Assembly (NCBI GenBank): GCA_964405015.1
Contig: CAYOME010000002.1
Location: 68,174-132,173 of the forward strand
Direction: 5' to 3'
DNA: 64,000 nucleotides
Source: an uncultured Candidatus Saccharibacteria bacterium
Lineage (GTDB): Bacteria; Patescibacteriota; Dojkabacteria; SC72
Part shown: positions 57,763 to 64,000 of the stretch, one piece after another
Layout of the letters: each line of letters starts with the position of its first letter
Position numbering within the stretch: position 1 is the stretch's first letter
Translations under genes and position numbers: made by a program
Notes under the pieces: generated by a model
The model's input: only the letters and a program-made list of their open reading frames with translations
Told to the model about the DNA's origin: nothing
Databases searched by the model: none

Positions 57763-58986
57763 CTATTCTAACATTCCTAATATCTCATCTCCTATTTCTT
57801 TGTTGAATCCAGAATATGCTTCTCCTCCTACAAATATAATAGGGTAGTAACCATATGTATCAGAAATTCCTTCACTTTTTGAAATACTACCCTTGTAGGC
57901 ATTAAGTTGAGTTCCAAAATCAGTATCTGTATTAAGATGTTCTTCATATTTAATGTTGTTCTTCTCAAAGAATTCTTCCATTTCTAAACACATTGGGCCA
58001 GTACCATTGTGGAAAACAACTACAGTGGTATCTGCTGTATTGGTAATACCGGAATCTCCCTCTATGAGGTCTTCTACCTTACAAGGGTTGGTAACATTCT
58101 CTTCTTCTTCATATGATATTGCAGGCCTAATCTTTTCTGGAGTATATGGAGCATTCTTGTTTACTGGTATCTGCCACATAGGCATCTCTTTATCTACAGT
58201 ACCGAAGGTATCAAGATCTACCCAATCTACTTCGTAGTTCTCCCACAATCTATGCCACATATCATTCCATCTTTCTTTGTAACCACCTATATATGTATGT
58301 GATACTGCCATGAACTTCTCGTTTTGTATGGCTCTCTTGTACTGTGTTTCCATATCTTCTGGTGAACCATTTCTTTCATAGAAGCTGTAATCACAGAAAC
58401 TGCCATATTTAAATTCTGGTACATCGATATTTGATACAGAAATGATTTTTACATCATATTCCTTTGGCTTGTATATTGTTGTGGCCAATTCTGTTGTACC
58501 TCTTGCTGTAATATATTCTATACCTAATTCTTGTGCTACTTTTACGGTATTTTCATCAGATGCCATATATCGTGAACTAATTACTCTTGGTGTTACTCCT
58601 AGATATGTTTGTGCATTTGTAATCATTTCTGAGATAATTTGGTATTGTTGATCATATGACATTCCCCAAAATGCTTCAGGATCATATGATGGAGCTAATT
58701 CTACAACTCCTGTCTTTAGTATTTCTTTCAATACATCTGAATGCTTCTCTATGAAGCTACCACTTACCATTAGTAAACCCTTTACATCTCTTTCTTTCAT
58801 ATCATTTACCATATTGACTAAACCATCAGTATTTTGAAATTCGATAAGGAGCATCATGGCTCGTGGAGTAGGGATCTCCTCTTGTACATCTCTACAGGCA
58901 TATTTGTTTACAATGAAATATTCTCCTGTAAGAAGGAGTAAAATACCTACTAATATGGAAAATATGATGAATGGTTTTTTATTCAT
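57763..58986 (-). CDS. Membrane-anchored polysaccharide-deacetylase-like protein with C-terminal glutaredoxin-like domain
   Basis: NodB-like barrel pattern (degenerate), then VVFHNGTGPMC...YYPIIFVGGEAYSGFN. Confidence 0.6.
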   Translation of the reverse strand: MNKKPFIIFSILVGILLLLTGEYFIVNKYACRDVQEEIPTPRAMMLLIEFQNTDGLVNMVNDMKERDVKGLLMVSGSFIEKHSDVLKEILKTGVVELAPSYDPEAFWGMSYDQQYQIISEMITNAQTYLGVTPRVISSRYMASDENTVKVAQELGIEYITARGTTELATTIYKPKEYDVKIISVSNIDVPEFKYGSFCDYSFYERNGSPEDMETQYKRAIQNEKFMAVSHTYIGGYKERWNDMWHRLWENYEVDWVDLDTFGTVDKEMPMWQIPVNKNAPYTPEKIRPAISYEEEENVTNPCKVEDLIEGDSGITNTADTTVVVFHNGTGPMCLEMEEFFEKNNIKYEEHLNTDTDFGTQLNAYKGSISKSEGISDTYGYYPIIFVGGEAYSGFNKEIGDEILGMLE

Positions 58987-58987
58987 C

Positions 58988-59302
58988 TTAGAGGGTTAAT
59001 AATTTAAAAAGTTTTTTTAAAATTTCCTTTTTTGATTCTTCCAAATGGTATATGACATGTTGTCCATTCTTGATGCTAGATATATATCTCAAGTCTTGTA
59101 ATTTTTTAAGGTGGTGAGATATTAAGTTATGTTTTAATTCCAAATGTTTGACCATTTGGCAAACGCAGGTATCTTTTTTGAGTAGAAGATTTAGTATTTG
59201 AATACGGTTCGAAACTAATAGATTTCTAACTTCATTAATGTTTTCTTCCTTGATATATTTCAACATATATTGAAATATATCTTTTCTTAAAATATCAGTC
59301 AA
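58988..59302 (-). CDS. ArsR/SmtB family regulator
   Basis: NRIQILNLL..CVCQM..HNLISHHLKKL..KNGQHVIY. Start uncertain. Confidence 0.88.
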   Translation of the reverse strand: MTDILRKDIFQYMLKYIKEENINEVRNLLVSNRIQILNLLLKKDTCVCQMVKHLELKHNLISHHLKKLQDLRYISSIKNGQHVIYHLEESKKEILKKLFKLLTL

Positions 59303-59312
59303 TATTTAAACA

Positions 59313-59594
59313 CTATGACTCTCTTTTAGTTATTGATATTGCGTAACCGTTAACTAAAGCCTCTGTGATTTTTTGCATAACAAAAGTAAGATCTCTTTGA
59401 TATTGGCTTTGAGAGATACCCATCATTTGAGCTGCTTTTTCTTGATCAATATTTTCTATGTATCTTAATCTTAGTGTCTCTAACTCTTCATCTGTAATAT
59501 TTACTTCTTGAAGGTCTCTTAGGGGTATCCCTCTCGGCTTGAAGTAATTATTGCTAAATTGTATTCCTAGTCTTCTTCTGAATCTCGGTCTCAT
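59313..59594 (-). CDS. DUF134 domain (sigma70-r4-like HTH) protein
   Basis: MRPRFRRR..YFKPRGIP..EELETLRL..QEKAAQMMGISQ..ALVNG. Confidence 0.88.
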   Translation of the reverse strand: MRPRFRRRLGIQFSNNYFKPRGIPLRDLQEVNITDEELETLRLRYIENIDQEKAAQMMGISQSQYQRDLTFVMQKITEALVNGYAISITKRES

Positions 59595-59596
59595 AT

Positions 59597-59812
59597 TTAA
59601 CAATACTCTCCTTTTAGTTGTGTACCACATTTGGGGCATACTTTCTTTGTACAAGGTATTCCTCTTGTATGTGGTTCTGTATATCCACAGTTAGGACATT
59701 TACAGATTTGTGAACCACCTTGTCTTTTTCCTCTTGATCTAGGAAGAAAGCCTAATCTTCTTCCAGTCATTGGGCCTTGACCTAATGGTCCAGTATTGTC
59801 TAAGTTTGGCAT
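59597..59812 (-). CDS. DUF5320-like protein with Cys-rich C-terminus
   Basis: MPNLDNTGPLGQGPMTGRRLG followed by CKCPNCG..H.RGIPC...CPKCG. Confidence 0.8.
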   Translation of the reverse strand: MPNLDNTGPLGQGPMTGRRLGFLPRSRGKRQGGSQICKCPNCGYTEPHTRGIPCTKKVCPKCGTQLKGEYC

Positions 59813-59836
59813 AAGGATATAAATAAAAATTTATTA

Positions 59837-59852
59837 ATGGGTATATACCCAT
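59837..59852. promoter_or_regulatory. Perfect 16-bp palindrome, putative operator
   Basis: ATGGGTATATACCCAT lies 24 nt upstream of the DUF5320 start. Confidence 0.7.
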
Positions 59853-59987
59853 AACTAAGTATATATCAGTTATTAATTTAATGTCAAGATCTATTAGTAG
59901 GTAGGATATGTTGGTGACTGATTCTTTAAAAATTATAATATGGAGATTTTAAGTGATGAAATATTTAGTTTCTGATATCATTCGTAT

Positions 59988-60557
59988 ATGTATGAAGCAA
60001 ATGAATTAACTATTAAAGAGAATGAAGTAGAAAAATACCTATCTTCAGGTTTACAGACTAATATATCCCCTGAAATACAAAAAATAGCTTCTGAGATTAA
60101 AGGGGCAGTTCTTGAAAAAGTACAAAAAATCCTTGAATTTGGTCCAACACTAGTAGAGGTAAGGGAATATGACAAGAATATTTTTAGAAAAAGAACAGGT
60201 GAGGAGATTATTAGGGAGAGATACATTACTGGATGTACAGACGCAGTATTAGCCTTTATCGTAATATCTAGAGCAAGTGGTATACCTACTAAATATGTAG
60301 AAACTATAGATGTTGGATGGCTTAAAAGCGGCGGAGATACAATAGATGGACATGTATATGCTCAGGTTTATGATTACTTACAAGATGAATGGGTATGGGT
60401 AGATCCAATGTTTGGGGAAATTGGTAAATCTCCAACAGAGAAGCAGAGGGTTGTATTTGGTGAAGGTCTTGATTCTTGGGATTTAGGAATTAAAGATGAG
60501 AATAGCCTAAGGAGTAAGTTCGAAGAATTTAGAAATCAGTTTAATTTGCAATTATAG
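59988..60557 (+). CDS. Transglutaminase-like domain protein
   Basis: GCTD..GHVYAQVY..WVWVDP Cys-His-Asp triad. Confidence 0.85.
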   Translation: MYEANELTIKENEVEKYLSSGLQTNISPEIQKIASEIKGAVLEKVQKILEFGPTLVEVREYDKNIFRKRTGEEIIRERYITGCTDAVLAFIVISRASGIPTKYVETIDVGWLKSGGDTIDGHVYAQVYDYLQDEWVWVDPMFGEIGKSPTEKQRVVFGEGLDSWDLGIKDENSLRSKFEEFRNQFNLQL

Positions 60558-60800
60558 ATTCTCAAATATTACTGAATATTTGTATGTCTTTAGTTCCTCT
60601 CGTAATTCTTTTTTCTTTAGATAATTATCACTATCTACTAATTCATTTCTAACAAGATTGTCCGCAATATGAAGAACTGCACTAGAGGGAATATTGAAAT
60701 AATTTGATACAGCAAAGAATGTCTATGTTTCCATTTCTACACCTAAATATCCATCCATAGTATCCAGCTATTCCTCCTATTATTAAATATTCTCAGATTG
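60552..60800 (-). pseudogene. Remnant of purine/uridine nucleoside phosphorylase family gene
   Basis: Frame reads GYLGVEMET*TFFAVSNYFNIPSSAVLHIADNLV, with an in-frame TAG at 60725-60723. The N-terminal part is missing. Confidence 0.7.
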
Positions 60801-60891
60801 GAATATTCCTGAATAGATTGTTTAAAATAGGTGTTGAGAGAATATTATGAAAATGGAGGATATATGGATCTGGAACCAAAATGAAATAATA

Positions 60892-60920
60892 AAATAAAAG
60901 GGGAAGAGATATTCTTCCCC
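60892..60920 (-). terminator. Intrinsic terminator
   Basis: GGGGAAGA-N5-TCTTCCCC followed by TTTTATTT on the minus strand. Confidence 0.8.
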
Positions 60921-60950
60921 AGTTCTTTTCCATTTATTAAAATTTGTGAA

Positions 60951-61280
60951 TTACTTCACAACAACAGTCATGTTACCTAAATCATAAGATTTAAGATAGT
61001 CTCCTCCAAGATATTGGGTAAAAATATCGCGTAAATAATTAACTCCAGCTCCCCGAAGTTCTTGATCAGGTAATAATGCTGAATCAAATAACAAATCTAC
61101 AGCTATATCACTTCCTCCACCTGTTCTTACTTTAAGTTGAATAAATGCTGAGTTTTTATCAGCAATCTTTTTACAAGCTTCTACTAATTGAATTTTGGAT
61201 ATGTAATCCGTTGAGAATTTAATAGTTCCAGAATAATAATCTGGTTTTAAATTCTCCTCTAATATGTTTGGTTTTTTCAT
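60951..61280 (-). CDS. Hypothetical protein
   Basis: 109-aa ORF followed by a terminator. Confidence 0.7.
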   Translation of the reverse strand: MKKPNILEENLKPDYYSGTIKFSTDYISKIQLVEACKKIADKNSAFIQLKVRTGGGSDIAVDLLFDSALLPDQELRGAGVNYLRDIFTQYLGGDYLKSYDLGNMTVVVK

Positions 61281-61331
61281 TGAATTAAAAAATAAAAATT
61301 AAAAGATAAAATGGAAAAGCTATATATTATA

Positions 61332-61745
61332 TCATTCTTTAATTATATCCTCGATCTCTTTCTTAATTTCATCAAATCGTTGTTTAAGAGTATTCTCATC
61401 ATTAGCAAAAATCTTTAATGATCCATCTTCATGATTATAAAGATAAACCTTTCCATCTTTGTTTGTATTCAAGGTTAAGCAATATAGATCTTCATTAGCT
61501 ATGATGACATGATTCTCTGGTAGATATTCCTTCCACTCTCTATTTTCCTTTACAACATCATCTTGAGTATGGAATATATCTTCTTTATCTAATACGGAAA
61601 AGAATCTATATCCTCCTATATAGAAACCATTTTTTTCTTTAAGATATTCTCGTATTAATGATGGATATTCAATATTTAAAATAGTTTCGGCATTTGTAAT
61701 AGACTGATCATTGGTAATTACTTTCTTTGGAAATTTAGTACCCAT
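61332..61745 (-). CDS. SMI1/KNR4 (SUKH) family protein
   Basis: ITNAETILNIEYPSLIREYLKEKNG...VIIANE..CL...VYLYNHE. Confidence 0.85.
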   Translation of the reverse strand: MGTKFPKKVITNDQSITNAETILNIEYPSLIREYLKEKNGFYIGGYRFFSVLDKEDIFHTQDDVVKENREWKEYLPENHVIIANEDLYCLTLNTNKDGKVYLYNHEDGSLKIFANDENTLKQRFDEIKKEIEDIIKE

Positions 61746-61874
61746 TTAAAATATATTACTTATTTTATATTGTAATTATACCAGTTTTAAATATTCAAAT
61801 ATAAATGGAAGGTCATGTTGAATATGGAAGGCCTGTGAGTCTGGTACCTATGTAAAATGGGAATTTGGGAGGAA

Positions 61875-62882
61875 CTATCTTAGAATATAGAAGCTATTTT
61901 TTGTACTACCCTGTTTCTCTAAATAACCCTTTGAAACAAGACCATCTAAAAGATTAAAAGCTTGTTGTCTAGAAATATTTAAATCTTTAGAAACATCCGA
62001 AGAAGTAATCTCTTTGTATTTCTTTATTAATTCCAATACATCGTTTTCTCTCTTTGTGGGTCTCATATCAAAAGAAATATTTATTAAACCTTCCTTTATC
62101 TTAGCTAATGCAGATTGTAAAGAATATTTAACACCATCTGTAAAATACTCTAACCATTCTGTTTTATCTCCGCTATCTGCAGAGTGTAAAGAGTCAGAGT
62201 ACTGAATCCTATCTATATCATAGTAGTCATCAAGTATGAAATACTTATTTATCTTGTATCCAAGCTTATCTAACAAAAGAGTTGTAGTTAATCTACAAGC
62301 TCTACCATTACCATCAACGAATGGATGGATATATACAAATTCATGATGATATATTCCTGCTTTAAGTATTGGTAGCTCTTGTGATGTATTTGTCCAATCC
62401 ATTAGTTCTTCTAGTAGTTTTGTTATTTCTTTCCTAGTATGTTTAGGTGGTTCATGTTTTATAACAATATTACCATCTTGGGCAGGATTACCAACTACAA
62501 CTTTTCTATTTCTAATCTCACCTCCTATTTGATTTTCCACTCCTTGCAAAAGCTGTTTGTGAATCTTTAGTAGGGTATCTATATCTAAGGTGTCATATTC
62601 TTTCCCTACCTGTTTTAGAATATCAAAATAGTTCTTTACTTCTTTTTCATCTCTATTCGCAGGTACTCTACCACCTAGTATTAAGTTAGTAACTTCTTCT
62701 TGAGATAGTGGGTTACCTTCAATACTGTTTGAAGAGAATGAAGATTTAACTAGATTGTGTTTTTCTAAGTTAAGAAGTAATTGCTTTGGAACTACTTGTG
62801 ATTCTAATTGACCGTAGAGTCTTTCAATAGAGGAAATATTTTCTAAGAGTTTTTTACTTAGTTTGTATTTTGTATTTACCAT
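61875..62882 (-). CDS. Fic family protein with C-terminal winged HTH
   Basis: HPFVDGNGRACR Fic motif, SNSIEGN autoinhibitory motif, C-terminal HTH. Confidence 0.93.
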   Translation of the reverse strand: MVNTKYKLSKKLLENISSIERLYGQLESQVVPKQLLLNLEKHNLVKSSFSSNSIEGNPLSQEEVTNLILGGRVPANRDEKEVKNYFDILKQVGKEYDTLDIDTLLKIHKQLLQGVENQIGGEIRNRKVVVGNPAQDGNIVIKHEPPKHTRKEITKLLEELMDWTNTSQELPILKAGIYHHEFVYIHPFVDGNGRACRLTTTLLLDKLGYKINKYFILDDYYDIDRIQYSDSLHSADSGDKTEWLEYFTDGVKYSLQSALAKIKEGLINISFDMRPTKRENDVLELIKKYKEITSSDVSKDLNISRQQAFNLLDGLVSKGYLEKQGSTKNSFYILR

Positions 62883-62890
62883 AACCTATT

Positions 62891-62931
62891 ATTATATGGA
62901 TATGTAAAATAATTGTCAAGGTATTTGACAA
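62891..62931 (-). promoter_or_regulatory. Consensus sigma70 promoter of fic with overlapping palindrome
   Basis: TTGACA (62919-14), 17 bp, TATAAT (62896-91). TTGTCAA-N5-TTGACAA spans 62913-62931. Confidence 0.8.
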
Positions 62932-63077
62932 GGTAATTGTAAAGATGGGAGGTTATTATCAACTTTCATACACGGGAGCTTACTTTTGGGACTTTTACTT
63001 TTTAAGGTCAAAATAACTCAATTCCCCATAAGGATTTTTAAGCATAAAAAACGAGTCTTGTTGGAACATGTTGAAAT

Positions 63078-63101
63078 TGGCGGGGTGGACGGGACTCGAA
63101 C
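63078..63101 (-). repeat. Duplicated tRNA 3' end (probably tRNA-Asp), att site
   Basis: GTTCGAGTCCCGTCCACCCCGCCA is a T-loop, 3' T-stem, acceptor strand, G73 and CCA with no 5' half upstream. Confidence 0.8.
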
Positions 63102-63256
63102 GAGACAAGAATAAATGCAAGCAAGTAAAGGGTTTCTTGGTAACATGGTTCGAACATCGTTCCATAAGTGGAACGAATAATTGAAAAGAAATTCAAAGTA
63201 TTAATTTTAATAAAGCTTACTGATGAAAGATATCTTTTGGATAGGGGAAATCTCAA

Positions 63257-63296
63257 AGGGGAATGCCTGGTTTGGAAGCCATATGGCATCCCCCTT
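63257..63296 (-). terminator. Hairpin downstream of the RRE-like gene
   Basis: Imperfect inverted repeat AAGGGGATGCC...GGCATTCCCCTT. Confidence 0.55.
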
Positions 63297-63303
63297 CTTG
63301 ATC

Positions 63304-63510
63304 TTATAACTGGTCGAAAGGTTCAACGATTTTCGCGTCGAGTAGCTCTTGTAGAAATTCATCGGTATCCACCTCTTCGGAGGAATTTGTTAAGTTCAGG
63401 AATCGGTTGTATTCCTCCTCTTGAAGACAGGTTATGCCTTCTGAACTTTCGATGACTCCACCAAACGCTTCTCCGCGATGCTTGACTCCTTGAACGATTT
63501 TAACTTTCAT
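63304..63510 (-). CDS. PqqD/MftB-like RiPP recognition element protein (putative)
   Basis: 68 aa; VKHRGEAFGGVI resembles the MftB-type RxExFG strand and it ends FLQELLDAKIVE. Starts 1 nt after the radical SAM stop. Confidence 0.6.
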   Translation of the reverse strand: MKVKIVQGVKHRGEAFGGVIESSEGITCLQEEEYNRFLNLTNSSEEVDTDEFLQELLDAKIVEPFDQL

Positions 63511-63511
63511 C

Positions 63512-64000
63512 TTACTCCTCCATTAATGGATCTAAACCGGTCTCTTTGCCAGTATAGCTCAAGGCTGATGCCCTGCATCCACCATGACAGTAAGAGACAA
63601 GCTCACAGCTTCGGCACGTCGTCGGAGTATTCCGAAACTCTCTAATCCTAATTAGCTCTGGAGCGTTCTGCCAGATTTGGAAAAGATTATCTCGGAGAAT
63701 GTTCCCCACGACGGTTGGTAGTTCCACGCACGGCCTGAGGTCTCCATTGGGAGATACTACAATCTGTGAGATAGCAGCATCGCAGGAGTTAGCAATCAGG
63801 ACCGGTCTTTCAGGGTCTTCTTCGGGTAATACACAATAAGGCATACCTCCTGTCATACCAACGTCAATAACGCTCGAGAGATCTTGGAGTTGTTCGTAAA
63901 CTCGATTCAGATCAACTCGATTACAGACGAGGTTGTTTCGGGAAGCTTCTCCACAGTAGGAGACAATCCCTACCGAGAAGTACTGCACGCCAAGTTCCGC
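63512..64000 (-). CDS. Radical SAM/SPASM domain protein, C-terminal part
   Basis: MPYC, NSCDAA..VSPNGDLRPC, GNI and CRSCELVSYCHGGCRA SPASM cysteines. The frame is open to the window edge. Confidence 0.9.
   Translation of the reverse strand, partial: AELGVQYFSVGIVSYCGEASRNNLVCNRVDLNRVYEQLQDLSSVIDVGMTGGMPYCVLPEEDPERPVLIANSCDAAISQIVVSPNGDLRPCVELPTVVGNILRDNLFQIWQNAPELIRIREFRNTPTTCRSCELVSYCHGGCRASALSYTGKETGLDPLMEE

Larger units (their letters stand above)
63078..64000. mobile_element. End of a tRNA-integrated genomic island (continues beyond the window)
   Basis: att-like tRNA fragment plus a visible shift to higher GC and different codon usage to its right. Confidence 0.7.

Noticed and set aside
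60853-61858. Weak similarity between ATGGAGG..TCTGGAACC (~60853) and ATGGAAGG..TCTGGTACC (~61824)
   Set aside because: Too short and degenerate to separate from chance by eye.
450-62205. Numerous 60-190 aa antisense or alternate-frame ORFs (e.g. 30639-31112, 38632-39195, 56122-56532)
   Set aside because: They shadow well-supported genes and have no recognisable motifs.
40282-62882. Run of small accessory genes read as an integron cassette array or prophage
   Set aside because: Orientations are mixed, many genes have their own promoters, no recurring attC-like structure, integrase or phage genes were seen, and trpS lies within the run.
62970-63040. Possible third copy of the tRNA-Lys-adjacent repeat (AGCTTACT, CAATTCCCC)
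   Set aside because: The blocks are in the wrong order relative to copies A and B.
63038-63455. ORFs 63038-63289 (-) and 63168-63455 (+) as precursor peptides
   Set aside because: The first starts inside a hairpin and crosses the att site. The second is antisense to the RRE-like gene.
1-64000. Alternative genetic code (TGA=Gly)
   Set aside because: Long genes translate intact in code 11 and TGA ends genes at natural positions (8538, 24098).

Overview
This 64 kb window is AT-rich bacterial chromosome read in genetic code 11. The gene content suggests a Patescibacteria/CPR genome, possibly Dojkabacteria-like; this is an inference. Bases 0-21 kb are a cell-envelope polysaccharide region: rmlA, rmlC, rmlD, several glycosyltransferases, a flippase and a priming sugar transferase. 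Interleaved with these are an XRE + ImmA/IrrE pair, a NYN nuclease, a glycosyltransferase/hydrolase/sensor-kinase operon, an M23 peptidase and secA. Bases 21-40 kb hold recO, tRNA-Lys(CTT), Elp3, an HI0933 flavoprotein, ndk, a family-4 UDG, a DEAD-box helicase and two surface proteins (691 aa and ~2,170 aa) that share a conserved C-terminal membrane module. Bases 40-63 kb are a dense run of small accessory genes around trpS. The last ~900 bp begin with a 24-bp copy of a tRNA 3' end (att site) and carry higher-GC radical SAM/SPASM and PqqD/MftB-like genes, marking the edge of a genomic island. The most notable signals not explained by the ORF track are: (1) a promoter-hairpin-U-tract unit predicting a ~60-nt small RNA antisense to the 3' end of the NYN nuclease gene, a candidate RNA-antitoxin system; (2) four dispersed copies of a bipartite element, GTAGACCCTAGTCTA-N32/33-GACCTGGGT, that overlap promoters and stop codons; (3) the tRNA-anchored island with RiPP maturation genes; (4) a 36-bp duplication of the kinase 3' end; (5) frequent leaderless promoter architecture. 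No CRISPR array, rRNA, integrase or transposase was seen.
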